Below are positions 28,133 to 37,622 of a stretch of DNA of 64,000 bases, in pieces (position 1 is the first letter of the stretch; every line of letters starts with the position of its first letter). The notes under the pieces are model-generated. The model was not told the origin of the DNA. It worked only from the letters and a program-made list of their open reading frames with translations, and made no database searches. The stretch is from a virus (taxonomy: Duplodnaviria; Heunggongvirae; Uroviricota; Caudoviricetes). The translations under genes were made by a program, and so were the position numbers. The stretch lies in IMG/VR virus record IMGVR_UViG_3300034196_000151. One strand, written 5' to 3'.

Positions 28133-28399
28133 TTACGAACTTTTTACAGTGAAAGAGTCCGATGACACTTCGGAACCATCAAGAGAAAGTGTGATTCGAT
28201 AACCGGAGTAATCGTAATCATAGTAATCCGAGCAACTAAGCTCAAACGACACATCTTCTTTGACGATTGCCACAACAGCAGCCCTCAACTCAACATCAGC
28301 CTCCATCATACCCACAATGGAGTCTTTCAACAGTTCGGTAACAGCCGAACGCACATCAACATCAGTTTGCAACAAGTGAATCAGTTCTGTTTTAGTCAT
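28133..28399 (-). CDS. small acidic protein
   Basis: 88 aa; terminator aaaaaagccccatcactggggc at 28104-28130. Confidence 0.45.
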   Translation of the reverse strand: MTKTELIHLLQTDVDVRSAVTELLKDSIVGMMEADVELRAAVVAIVKEDVSFELSCSDYYDYDYSGYRITLSLDGSEVSSDSFTVKSS

Positions 28400-28533
28400 A
28401 ATAGTATCCTCAGTTGACTATCTAAACGAAAGTTTGAGGTATTTGACTGCAGAACTCTTTAACACGATTGATAATAACAAATCATCACAGAAACGTCAAG
28501 CATTATTCGGAATAAGGCTTAAATCGTTACAAC

Positions 28534-28731
28534 TCATCCAAATTGTGGTTTGTCAGCAGCGGATTTGGCATCCATTTCAGCCGACAGGCGTTCATACACC
28601 TCGGAATCGTCGTTATTATCACCACAACGACAGATGGAACCGATAACTTCATGCGGTTCAATTTGCGTGTTGCAGCCGGAGCAAATACCAAAATTTTCTT
28701 CAACTGGATTAGGGTTCGGGGCGAGTGGCAT
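28534..28731 (-). CDS. zinc-ribbon protein
   Basis: ATG at 28731 with ACGGAGAA SD below a TATAAT at ~28765; CSGCN...CRCG. Confidence 0.4.
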   Translation of the reverse strand: MPLAPNPNPVEENFGICSGCNTQIEPHEVIGSICRCGDNNDDSEVYERLSAEMDAKSAADKPQFG

Positions 28732-28883
28732 AATATTAATTCTCCGTTGTTTGAAGCGTCTATTATAGCACTTACAGCCTTTTTTATCAACGAAAGTTTT
28801 CATAAATCAACCACTTGCAATCAAAAATAACAGGAGTATACTTATAAATTAGATAGCAAGCTAACAATATAAAAGGTGATAGA

Positions 28884-29042
28884 ATGAAGAAAGAAAATGT
28901 GAAAAAAGAAATGACCGGGTTGGTGTTGAGTGTCTTTATGGGATTATTTGGTACCGGGGCCATTGCAGAAGAAAAGACCAGCACCAGCGATATAAAAAGC
29001 GAAGCGACCACTCAGGTAGATGTTAAAAAGCTTCAAAAGTAG
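28884..29042 (+). CDS. 52-aa small membrane/secreted peptide, plus strand
   Basis: AAAAGGTGATAGA SD before ATG; hydrophobic LVLSVFMGLFGTGAIA. Confidence 0.4.
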   Translation: MKKENVKKEMTGLVLSVFMGLFGTGAIAEEKTSTSDIKSEATTQVDVKKLQK

Positions 29043-29108
29043 TAGAAAAAGCTTGTTTTTGTTGTCTGTTTTAACTATAATAGACCAACAAACCAAGAGG
29101 CTTTAATC

Positions 29109-29318
29109 ATGGCAAAGAATAAAGTAAACGAACATGTGATTACAGAAGAAATGCTGAACAGCTTTGAAATCGGTAAACCGATTGCTCGTTTTGGTTTTTT
29201 TGTCAATTTGATTTTTATCTGGGTCGAAGAAGGTCGAGTAGTCTTTGCGGATCAAGTTGGTAATGTCAAAACAGAACCTGTGTGGCTTTTTTTGAAGCAC
29301 GCCCGAGTCGCTAAGTAG
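29109..29318 (+). CDS. hypothetical protein, plus strand
   Basis: 69 aa; TTGTTT-17-TATAAT promoter at 29053-29081; terminator at 29337-29363. Confidence 0.45.
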   Translation: MAKNKVNEHVITEEMLNSFEIGKPIARFGFFVNLIFIWVEEGRVVFADQVGNVKTEPVWLFLKHARVAK

Positions 29319-29336
29319 TTTTTCCAACAGTAATAA

Positions 29337-29363
29337 TAAAAAGCCCGCAGAAGCGGGTTTTTT
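29337..29363 (+). terminator. plus-strand terminator after 29109..29318
   Basis: aaaaaGCCCGCagaaGCGGGtttttt. Confidence 0.6.
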
Positions 29364-29398
29364 ATTGCTTAAAATTATGAATATTTTGTAGAAAAAAG

Positions 29399-29427
29399 CT
29401 TGTACTCGCCAGTAGTATTTGATATTA
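29399..29427 (+). promoter_or_regulatory. plus-strand promoter TTGTAC-17-TATTAT for the candidate sRNA
   Basis: cTTGTACtcgccagtagtatttgaTATTATagc. Confidence 0.5.
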
Positions 29428-29433
29428 TAGCTT

Positions 29434-29612
29434 TGGAGATGCGGGATGAGAAAAAACTCATCCTTCAGGGTTGTTCTTTAGCATCCGATGACCATTCAGA
29501 GGCTCTGCCGACATGGTAGCTCGTCATACGCTGGTGATGTATGATGGAAAACCGCACCGCATAAAAGGAGTCCAATCTTCTTTTTGGGAGAGGCTAAATG
29601 CCTCTTTTTTTT
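29434..29612 (+). ncRNA. candidate ~180-nt small RNA with own promoter and terminator
   Basis: TTGTAC-17-TATTAT promoter at 29399-29427; internal 7-bp hairpin GGATGAG-aaaaaa-CTCATCC; terminator gagaggctaaatgcctc plus T8 at 29586-29612; no ORF of convincing length. Confidence 0.45.
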
Positions 29613-29649
29613 CGTCTTGAATAAAGTAAAAAAGCCACCGAAGTGACTT

Positions 29650-30366
29650 TTATAATTTTAGTTTCGCAGGGTCGATAAGCCCTATCAAATAAACAAACTC
29701 TTTTTTACCCGCAATCTCACTGCTTTTAAAATCGGCTGAGAAGGTTGTGTAGAATTTTTTGTAATCCGACAGTGATAAGTACCCTTGTGTAGCGGTCAAC
29801 GACTGGTTGAATGTCTCCACTGATTTTAAGGGGAACAAATTAACCACTTCAACAATTTGATTGTTTTTAAGGTCGATGATTTTAAGAGCATCAAGATCAT
29901 TAGAAACTTCTTTCAACGTTGAATAATCATGTGAAACAAGAGCTTTCGCAAACTTAATACCAATAGGAGATTTGTTAAAACTTGGATTTAGTTTAACCGT
30001 TTCATCATATAAAGCACTAATAGGCTGATACATAAACTCATCAGTAGATTTATACTGAAAAGCAATCATAATCAATGGCAAAATTGACACTGCCGTAAAA
30101 AACACCTTCTTCTTCAAATATGTTTTATTGATCCAATGAAAAACTGTTTGTAAGACAATGAACGCATAAACAAATAAAAAAGGGATTAGAAAGTAAACAG
30201 AAGTTTTATCGACACTAAAATTAGCAAACTTTGCATAGTGATATTCACTCGAAACTGCAACATGCTGATTAATTAATTCTACCGCGATATTGGTGCAGAA
30301 ATACATGACACCTAAAACAAAAACACTAGACAACAACACAATAAGTAGATCACTTATTTTTTCTTT
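29650..30366 (-). CDS. multi-pass membrane protein (AT-rich)
   Basis: Start MKEKISD with GGAG SD; several TM helices. Confidence 0.5.
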   Translation of the reverse strand, partial: KEKISDLLIVLLSSVFVLGVMYFCTNIAVELINQHVAVSSEYHYAKFANFSVDKTSVYFLIPFLFVYAFIVLQTVFHWINKTYLKKKVFFTAVSILPLIMIAFQYKSTDEFMYQPISALYDETVKLNPSFNKSPIGIKFAKALVSHDYSTLKEVSNDLDALKIIDLKNNQIVEVVNLFPLKSVETFNQSLTATQGYLSLSDYKKFYTTFSADFKSSEIAGKKEFVYLIGLIDPAKLKL

Positions 30367-30462
30367 CATGATAAACTCCAATTCAAATTTTACAAATCGT
30401 CTCATGAAATAAAAAAAAGTCAACAAAAAACCCGCCGAAGCGGGTCTATTTAGGTATTCTTA

Positions 30463-30804
30463 TTAGCAACGACGCCCGTTACGATGGTCTTTACCGTAAG
30501 GCTGTGTAAACTTGTGGTAGTGGCGAGCGGCTGGATTTGGTTTTACACGTAGGTCGAAAGACTGACGTTGATAAGCTTCCAGTTCAAGGCTTTCATGAAT
30601 AATAATGTTATTGATTTCATTAATACTCATTGGCCTGCAAAGTTCAGCAAAAAAATCACCAACAGGGCAAGCATGCTCATCAACCAACAGGACTTGCTTG
30701 CGAGCTTCACGCTCAGTCACAGCAACAATTTTATGATCGGGCAGACGATCCTGCAGAACACGAATGACATCAATATCACCACCAACAACAAGAATTTTAC
30801 GCAT
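30463..30804 (-). CDS. hypothetical protein
   Basis: Start MRKILVVGGD with TGGAG SD. Confidence 0.45.
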   Translation of the reverse strand: MRKILVVGGDIDVIRVLQDRLPDHKIVAVTEREARKQVLLVDEHACPVGDFFAELCRPMSINEINNIIIHESLELEAYQRQSFDLRVKPNPAARHYHKFTQPYGKDHRNGRRC

Positions 30805-30901
30805 TTTTAAAGCTCCATTCGATGATTTGTTGAACAAATTATAGCACAATCAAGCGATAAAAAAAAGCCTATCAAGCGATAGGCTGTAAAAAATGTTCAT
30901 T

Positions 30902-31126
30902 TTAAACCGAAGCTGAAAGCTCAGCGATATGCAAATCAAGAGCTTTTTTTGCCTTATTGAAGTCGTCCCACAAGATCGCCAACTTTTGAGCTTCTGGTGT
31001 ATCTACCAATAGATCTTTGGTTGGAAAAGCTGGTTCAACATGTAACAGACCACCAGCTTCATGAAGACGCAAAACTTTCGCAATGCTCATTTTGTCAGGA
31101 ACGTTAGTGTGAACAGGCTGGCTCAT
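30902..31126 (-). CDS. hypothetical protein
   Basis: 74-aa ORF. Confidence 0.45.
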   Translation of the reverse strand: MSQPVHTNVPDKMSIAKVLRLHEAGGLLHVEPAFPTKDLLVDTPEAQKLAILWDDFNKAKKALDLHIAELSASV

Positions 31127-31192
31127 GCTGTAAACTCCTACAAGGTGGGAAGGTCTTCATTATACAATAAAGACCTTGGAATTGAAAGCTTT

Positions 31193-31795
31193 TTAAGCGG
31201 CTGGAACCAAGCCTTTTGCAATTGCCATCGAAACACCGATGATAGCACTGCAAGTGCGGATTTCACCACTGGCAATCATCTTCATAACGTCAGCACGTTT
31301 CAGTTTGATGATTTGAATGTCTTCATCATCAATACCATGCGAGCGGTTCAGGTCGAAATTAGACGAGTCCACATACGCGAAGTAGGTGTGGTGCATTTCG
31401 TTGGAGATACCAGCACTGGTGTAGCCTTTGCACAGATAGTGAATGTCTTCCAGCTTGATCAGCATGTTGGTTTCTTCTTGGCCTTCACGCTGAGCCGCCA
31501 GCATTGGGTCTTCTTTCGGGTCGATATGACCAGCAACCGGCTCAATAACCCAAGCGTCAGTTTCGTCAGGATGTTTGTAAGCACCCATGCGGAACTGTTT
31601 CACAAACACGAACTCGTCAGTGTCTTTGTCATAAAGGGTCAGGCAGATAGCCGACGCCTTGCAGATAACAAAGTGGTCGATTTGCTTAGTGCCACCGAAA
31701 ACACTTTCATACGAACCTTGCACTTGTTCAAGCTGCAGGAAAGAACGCTTGAAGTGAGTAAAGATATTAGTAGTGTTGAAAACTGGAATGTTCAT
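31193..31795 (-). CDS. Nudix hydrolase (ADP-ribose pyrophosphatase-like, NudE-like)
   Basis: Perfect Nudix box GHIDPKEDPMLAAQREGQEET (Gx5Ex7REx2EE); AAGGAG SD; TATAAT at ~31850. Confidence 0.75.
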   Translation of the reverse strand: MNIPVFNTTNIFTHFKRSFLQLEQVQGSYESVFGGTKQIDHFVICKASAICLTLYDKDTDEFVFVKQFRMGAYKHPDETDAWVIEPVAGHIDPKEDPMLAAQREGQEETNMLIKLEDIHYLCKGYTSAGISNEMHHTYFAYVDSSNFDLNRSHGIDDEDIQIIKLKRADVMKMIASGEIRTCSAIIGVSMAIAKGLVPAA

Positions 31796-31874
31796 AAAGG
31801 TAAAACTCCTTGGTCATTTAGTGTTGCTGATAGCGTTATTATAAATGATTTTCACTGTTAATAAAAGTTTTTTA

Positions 31875-32075
31875 TCAACTGTTTCGAGGAATAAAACCAC
31901 GATCCTCTTTAAACTCGCGTACTTGATTTTTCAAAGGTTTGTCATTGACATCAATATGACCACCCACACTACGACTACCACGAGGCAAATCCCAATCAGA
32001 GAACTTAATAGAAGCAATCTTACCATCTGGTGTGATATGGACAATACCTTCACGTTTAACAATTTTGTTAGTCAT
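31875..32075 (-). CDS. hypothetical protein
   Basis: 66-aa ORF. Confidence 0.4.
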   Translation of the reverse strand: MTNKIVKREGIVHITPDGKIASIKFSDWDLPRGSRSVGGHIDVNDKPLKNQVREFKEDRGFIPRNS

Positions 32076-32145
32076 ACGATATAACTCCTGAATTTATAAG
32101 ACATTATACACCAAAAAACCATGTTTTGGCAACAATATTAAAAGA

Positions 32146-32949
32146 TTAAATCTCAATCATATCCAAAAGAACCTTATCGCGTTGAGTTGGAATGTGTTCT
32201 GGCCGTTCACCTGTCATAAACCCGATAATATCGAGTGTGAGATTTTTGAATAGTTCGTCTCTGCTCACAATCTTAAATGCCGTCATAACAGCATCCACAT
32301 TGATTGGTGTGATACTAAACAAATTAAAAATTTTTGAGGAATTAGCGTAATAGATATGCTCATTATCATAACCAACAAAGATAGAGATTTCCTCATTTTC
32401 GTAAATTGAATCAACCGAAAAGCGAGAGATAAAAATATCAGCATGGCCTTTTCTTTTCAGAATTTGGGTGCAATGCTTGAAACCGTTGTTTTTATATTGG
32501 CTGTCGTGTTGAAATTCATAAGTGCGATGTAAAGTTCCCTTATTAGAATTAATGATACCGATTGAATTGTGCATCATACCCAGATCATTTTTACTGGCGG
32601 GGTAGTAATATGCGGCCATGTAAGCCACTTGAAGAACTTGATTGCTCAAATCCAAGAATTGTTCAGGATAATCAACTTTCAAAGCAGTTACATAATCGTT
32701 ATTACACAACATAACAGCATCACGCTTTTCAGACAAAATACCAATATCTTCACCAGCATGACGAAGCATGTCAAAATCACTATCAACGAAAAAACGGTTC
32801 CACGTTTTTCGATTAGGCGTAGCCTTCATCATATCCCGCATACACCAAGCTAACCGATTATTGACCGGGCAGAGAGCATTGATATAAAAACTATCAAGCT
32901 TGTCTGAAAAGTATTTTTTCGTCGCTTTCACTGGATTTGGGATGTGCAT
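32146..32949 (-). CDS. hypothetical protein (267 aa)
   Basis: ORF. Confidence 0.5.
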   Translation of the reverse strand: MHIPNPVKATKKYFSDKLDSFYINALCPVNNRLAWCMRDMMKATPNRKTWNRFFVDSDFDMLRHAGEDIGILSEKRDAVMLCNNDYVTALKVDYPEQFLDLSNQVLQVAYMAAYYYPASKNDLGMMHNSIGIINSNKGTLHRTYEFQHDSQYKNNGFKHCTQILKRKGHADIFISRFSVDSIYENEEISIFVGYDNEHIYYANSSKIFNLFSITPINVDAVMTAFKIVSRDELFKNLTLDIIGFMTGERPEHIPTQRDKVLLDMIEI

Positions 32950-33043
32950 AAAGCCTCCTGATTAGGGTGTAATTATAACACAAAATCAAGATTAATGAAA
33001 CAAAAAACCGCCAAGAAGGCGGTCTAATGGACACAATTATTGT

Positions 33044-33574
33044 TTATTCAGCGTCGTGCAAAGTATCAGGTGAAAGCCGCATAAGCTCAGCCAGCACCTT
33101 ATAATCTTCTTTATTGGATGAAGTCCCAAGGCTCATGCTTTCACCGTAGCACTGGATTTTGATTTTTCCGGTCTTATGGTGAACAAGAAATTTAACAAAC
33201 CCGGCACTTTCGCAGTCAATAGACCCCATAAAAGCGGCTTCGGCTACTGTTTTATGTTCCAAACTGTTCGAGAAAACAACCGCATTACCCCGCCAAATAA
33301 CGTATTTAGCGTGTTCAACATCATCATCTGGATTTTCAACACCGATGGAAGGCAGCATGTGCTCGTGGTCATCACGACGTGGTTCAACATCCAGAGAAAT
33401 GCTTTCACCGTAGCATTCTGCTTTAATGTGACCATCAACCAAAGTCAGCCGAGTAAAACCAGCACCATGAATCAGCTTGTCAGGGCCAAATGCTTTGATT
33501 GCCATGTCACGATGTTGGCAGTTTTCGTGAAAAACAATGAAGCGAGACTGGTTTCGGATATATTTGGTCGCCAT
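33044..33574 (-). CDS. hypothetical protein with internal duplication
   Basis: Two ~60-aa repeats both ending (A/I)(E/Q)CYGES(I/M)SL. Confidence 0.5.
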   Translation of the reverse strand: MATKYIRNQSRFIVFHENCQHRDMAIKAFGPDKLIHGAGFTRLTLVDGHIKAECYGESISLDVEPRRDDHEHMLPSIGVENPDDDVEHAKYVIWRGNAVVFSNSLEHKTVAEAAFMGSIDCESAGFVKFLVHHKTGKIKIQCYGESMSLGTSSNKEDYKVLAELMRLSPDTLHDAE

Positions 33575-33649
33575 GATTAATCTCTCTATGAGTTAGGTGC
33601 CTATTATACCAAAACCTGTTTTTTAATGCAACTGAAACCGTCCGTTCAA

Positions 33650-34144
33650 CTACACTTCAAGAGCTGCTTTTTCTCGTTTAATTTGGCGTTCTTCACGTTT
33701 TCGGGAAATCACTTTGGGATCTCGACGGTCACGGTGTTTTTGTCTTTTAGCGGCTTTACGCTCATAAAAATCGACCATTTGCAAAGCCAATTCATCCAGC
33801 GTAATGTCTTGATGCCCTTTTGCTGTGTTGCAATGACAGCACATTGGTTGCAAGTTTTCAATGTCATTGCTGCCACCATTCTTTTTGGCGATAACATGAT
33901 CAACCGTCATCATAACCAAATCATCAGTAAACAAATCCCAGTTATGTTTACCATTGATAGCCGTCGAGAAAATCAAACGAGTGCCCACATTGGTGCAATT
34001 AGGCGTTACGCAAGCAAACCCCTTGTGAAAAAACACCTTCAAGCGTTTATGAGCCTTGAACGCTTCAATTCCAGTAGCTGGGCGTTCACGAATGAACGTG
34101 TATTTGCAAGGTTTGATAAGATCGCCTTTTTTTAGAGGTGTCAT
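33650..34144 (-). CDS. HNH homing-type endonuclease
   Basis: VDHVIAKKNGGSNDIENLQPMCCHCNTAKGH HNH motif plus upstream Cys cluster CVTPNC. Confidence 0.75.
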   Translation of the reverse strand: MTPLKKGDLIKPCKYTFIRERPATGIEAFKAHKRLKVFFHKGFACVTPNCTNVGTRLIFSTAINGKHNWDLFTDDLVMMTVDHVIAKKNGGSNDIENLQPMCCHCNTAKGHQDITLDELALQMVDFYERKAAKRQKHRDRRDPKVISRKREERQIKREKAALEV

Positions 34145-34154
34145 TTTTTATCCC

Positions 34155-34640
34155 CTAGACTGATTCGGCCAGTTCTTCTTGCCCGCGACGTTCAGCTCTG
34201 CGTTGTTCTTTGGCGAGTTTCTTTTCAATCTTTCGAGCTTCCTTATGCTTGGCATGTTCAACCACCAACACAGCCAATTCATCAAGAGTAATGTCTTGAT
34301 TATGTTTAATCGTGTTGCAAATCGAACACATAGGTTGCAAGTTTGCAAGTTCGTTGTTGCCACCGTTAGCCTTGGCAACAATATGATCAATGTTGATCAA
34401 AACAGCATCATCTGTATAAACATCCCAATGTTCACCGCCTTGAACATCACGGGAGAAAATGAGGCGAGTGCCAACATGTTTGCAATTAGGCGTGACACAT
34501 GCCACACCTTTATTCACAAAGACTTTAAGACGACGATGATTTTCAAACATCTGCAACGCAATCAACCCACCTTCGTAAACATACGAAAAATTACAGCCGG
34601 GGATTTTGTCACCTTTGTTAAAAGTTTTCATAACGGTCAT
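34155..34640 (-). CDS. HNH homing-type endonuclease (tandem paralog)
   Basis: IDHIVAKANGGNNELANLQPMCSICNTIKHN; ~55-60% identical to 33650..34144. Confidence 0.75.
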   Translation of the reverse strand: MTVMKTFNKGDKIPGCNFSYVYEGGLIALQMFENHRRLKVFVNKGVACVTPNCKHVGTRLIFSRDVQGGEHWDVYTDDAVLINIDHIVAKANGGNNELANLQPMCSICNTIKHNQDITLDELAVLVVEHAKHKEARKIEKKLAKEQRRAERRGQEELAESV

Positions 34641-34703
34641 GGCCTTGTTCTATTGAGATTGAGACTATTGTAACAGAATAGACACCATCATTCTACTCAT
34701 AAA

Positions 34704-35114
34704 TCAGTTTTTTTGAGTGAAAAGATACGGCTCGGCGGTGATGTGAATAGTCACTGAATTGACCAAAAATTTCGCCATAACGAGTTTAAACCGTTGAACA
34801 ACCACACCAGAAATAATCGTGCCATGATGGTTGTATTCCACTTTTGAGCCTTTTTTCAAATTCGAAAATTCTTGTGCATAACAGGCTTTAAAATCATCTG
34901 GCATGTTATCAAATTGAAGTTTTTTAAACTGAGGTTCTTCAATCTGCTGGGCATGATTGGAATGTGTTAATGGGGCACAATATTTTAAGTAATATTTACT
35001 ATATGCGGTGGCTGGTTTAAAAAGAACAACACGTTCATCTTTAGCAATAAACGCAAGATAAGAATCACTAAACTGGTGATATTCGAAAATATCACCTACC
35101 TGTAAAACAGTCAT
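34704..35114 (-). CDS. hypothetical protein
   Basis: 136-aa ORF. Confidence 0.5.
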   Translation of the reverse strand: MTVLQVGDIFEYHQFSDSYLAFIAKDERVVLFKPATAYSKYYLKYCAPLTHSNHAQQIEEPQFKKLQFDNMPDDFKACYAQEFSNLKKGSKVEYNHHGTIISGVVVQRFKLVMAKFLVNSVTIHITAEPYLFTQKN

Positions 35115-35554
35115 TCCGTCACCAGAACAGGCCGTTCAAAGATTTTAACCAACCAAAGAGCGTTCATCATGCCGGTATCAACCGATTTCATACGGCCACA
35201 AGGGCGATACATTTCACGGTTGTGGAAAGTGGGACACTTTTCATGCCAGCTCCAAAAACCATCAAGGCTACCTGTCAAAAAATTAGCCCATTCTGGTGCC
35301 GTTTCCCAGCTTGGCCGTTGAGTGACCATAAAGAACAATTCTGGGTCAAGTTCGAAATAGAACTTGGGATTTTGGAGAATTTGGGAGGTAAACACCAGAT
35401 CATTGTCGAGACAATCACGCTTAGAGCTATGAAGCAATTTGTTGGTGATAGCTTGATGCGGGTAATTAGCAGCAGAAACACGTTCACGCACCAGTTTGGC
35501 GACTTTGCTAATGTTGCATTCAACTTCGGAAGCGGAAAGAGTTGGCTTGCACAT
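35111..35554 (-). CDS. hypothetical protein
   Basis: Start at MCKPTLS with AGAGG SD below a TATAAT at ~35585. Confidence 0.45.
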   Translation of the reverse strand: MCKPTLSASEVECNISKVAKLVRERVSAANYPHQAITNKLLHSSKRDCLDNDLVFTSQILQNPKFYFELDPELFFMVTQRPSWETAPEWANFLTGSLDGFWSWHEKCPTFHNREMYRPCGRMKSVDTGMMNALWLVKIFERPVLVTE

Positions 35555-35695
35555 AAAATTAGCCTCTGTAAGTAATGACTTAATTATAACAGAGTTTTTA
35601 TTCATGTTCAACATTTTATAGTTTTTTAAAAGATTGTTTTATGCTCTCAATTGTATTATAATAGGTGTCCAAAACTCAACAATGGAAAGAGATTA

Positions 35696-35952
35696 TGACA
35701 GAAGTTCAAAAAGAAATTCCTTGGCATGAAGCTCCTGCAGGCACCACGCATTATGCGGCTGAAAGCAGTGATTATCAATACGCCGAAAGCTGGTATCGTT
35801 TTGAAAACGGCGAGTGGTATTGTGTCAACACGCATAACGCTTGGCGTGTCGTGAACCGTGGGCTTGAAGCATGGCATTACATTGGCAAGACAATGAAACG
35901 TTCAATGAGCGATTTGATTGAGCGTGTTCCACCTGTTGAAGTGACAAGCTAA
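35696..35952 (+). CDS. hypothetical Trp-rich protein, plus strand
   Basis: AAAGAGATT SD; own terminator at 35966-35997. Confidence 0.45.
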
Positions 35953-35965
35953 GCACACCAGAAAA

Positions 35966-35997
35966 GAAAAAGCCGGGTAACTCCGGTTTTTTTATGC
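35966..35997 (+). terminator. plus-strand terminator after 35696..35952
   Basis: aaaaaGCCGGGtaacTCCGGttttttt. Confidence 0.55.
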
Positions 35998-36030
35998 CTT
36001 TTATTTTGTTAGGAAGAAAAATAAGACGTA

Positions 36031-36058
36031 AAAAAAGGCACACCATCACTGGAATGCC
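36031..36058 (-). terminator. conserved-stem terminator family member (GNRA loop)
   Basis: On the minus strand GGCAUUCCA-GUGA-UGGUGUGCC followed by a U-run. Confidence 0.55.
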
Positions 36059-36079
36059 TTTTGTCAACAACTGTCCTTT

Positions 36080-36727
36080 TTACACTTGTCGTGCTTCCAT
36101 GACATGAATGAGGTCATGACTATACACGGGGTTAGTTCTCACCAGACCGTTCTGGATAAAATTCAAGAGGGTTGGGTATTTTTTACGAAACTCTTTCGGT
36201 AAAGCTTCAAAGAGTTCATCCTTCAATGTGTTGAAGTGCTTAATATCGGGATTGTAATATACAACGTCTTTTTGAGCTTTAATTTCAAAGTTGGTAAAAC
36301 CCAACTCACGATAAGCGACGATTAGTGCCTCATAATCAACAGGGTCGATGATTTTCTTGTTGATGAACAAAGCAGCCCCCAAATCGCTCTCAGGAACACG
36401 GACAGCAGCCAAAAATTCTTGGGTCAGTTTTTCGAGTTCGGCCTGAATTTTATCATTATGTTTAGAAACTTCTTCTCGTCGGCTATTAATCAAATTACCA
36501 AAAACTTCAAGGTCTGCCACCAGTTTTTCTTGCATAGCTAAAGCAGCGGCTGGCATTGCGTCGGTTTGTAGTTCACGAACAATATCCGCCAACGAACGGG
36601 AATCGTCATGTTCTTCATACCAAACATCAGGAGAAGACGGGAGTTGCAGCATTTTGGCATGCAAGGCTTTTTTAGCCACTTGAAATTCAGCGGTCAATTT
36701 TTTTACGTCTTCAACAGTTACTGTCAT
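36080..36727 (-). CDS. hypothetical protein, paralog family member 1
   Basis: 215 aa; shared blocks (F/L)I(N/D)K(K/R)(I/K)I.P.D.A.L(I/V).(A/V)Y..LG(F/I)T.(F/Y)...(K/R)D(V/I)VYYNP. Confidence 0.55.
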   Translation of the reverse strand: MTVTVEDVKKLTAEFQVAKKALHAKMLQLPSSPDVWYEEHDDSRSLADIVRELQTDAMPAAALAMQEKLVADLEVFGNLINSRREEVSKHNDKIQAELEKLTQEFLAAVRVPESDLGAALFINKKIIDPVDYEALIVAYRELGFTNFEIKAQKDVVYYNPDIKHFNTLKDELFEALPKEFRKKYPTLLNFIQNGLVRTNPVYSHDLIHVMEARQV

Positions 36728-36802
36728 TTTTCATCACCATAATTGATTGAATTATTAAACTAATGAAGCATTATAGCAGAAAATAAAAACAAAAACAACA
36801 TT

Positions 36803-36833
36803 AAAAAAAAAGGCACTTCATCACTGGAATGCC
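36803..36833 (-). terminator. conserved-stem terminator family member
   Basis: aaaaaaaaaGGCACTTCATCACTGGAATGCC; on the minus strand a 9-bp stem with a GUGA loop, then a U-run. Confidence 0.55.
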
Positions 36834-36849
36834 TCAAATATCTGTGTAG

Positions 36850-37494
36850 TTATGCTTTTTTGGCATTAAAAACCGATGACATGCACGCGGTCAATGGGTC
36901 TGAATCAACGTATTCACTTCTCATATTATCCCAAAGGTCGGGGTAATTATGTTGAAACAATGATGGTGAATTCATGATGATCATGTTTTTCAAGCCATCT
37001 TCATCTACCTTGTTAGGATTGTAATAAACAATATCACGAAGTGTGAAGGTTTTGTAATGAGTGATCCCCAAAGTTTTATAAACGTCCACCAGAGTGGCAT
37101 GATCTTCTGGGGTAATTTTTCGCTTGTCAATGAGCAAAACGGCAGAAAGCAAACGTTCTGGAATATCAGTAGCTTTAAGATATTCCGTATGCAAATTACG
37201 CATTTCCATGCTGACATTGTAGTTGTTCAATTTAGCAACATGAATTTTCTCATTCATGATGTTTTGGTACGTTAACAACGCTTTCATAGCAGCTTCATGA
37301 GGCTCTTTGGCTTCTTCTGGCAATGGGTCAGTAGCCATATCACGAAGCATGTCAAGCAGCGTCGTCTCCCTCTCTGTGGCATGGTTGTAGACTTTAAAGC
37401 TGGCAGGAATTAACACAATATTTTTACCCAACTCGTCGCGGGCTAATTTGTAAGCCTTGGTCAATTGTTCAAGCTCGGAGTGAGTCAAAATCAT
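36850..37494 (-). CDS. hypothetical protein, paralog family member 2
   Basis: Start MILTHSELEQ with AAGGTGA SD; paralog of 36080..36727 and 63164..63796. Confidence 0.55.
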   Translation of the reverse strand: MILTHSELEQLTKAYKLARDELGKNIVLIPASFKVYNHATERETTLLDMLRDMATDPLPEEAKEPHEAAMKALLTYQNIMNEKIHVAKLNNYNVSMEMRNLHTEYLKATDIPERLLSAVLLIDKRKITPEDHATLVDVYKTLGITHYKTFTLRDIVYYNPNKVDEDGLKNMIIMNSPSLFQHNYPDLWDNMRSEYVDSDPLTACMSSVFNAKKA

Positions 37495-37575
37495 GATAAT
37501 CACCTTGAAGTAAGTTTTTAAATCGTGCCGTCATTATAACACTAGTTGATAGCAAAAACAACATTTATTGAAAGC

Positions 37576-37603
37576 AAAAAAGGCACTCCATCGCTGGAAT
37601 GCC
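37576..37603 (-). terminator. conserved-stem terminator family member
   Basis: aaaaaaGGCACTCCATCGCTGGAATGCC. Confidence 0.55.
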
Positions 37604-37622
37604 TCTTGTCCATCAATCGAGG

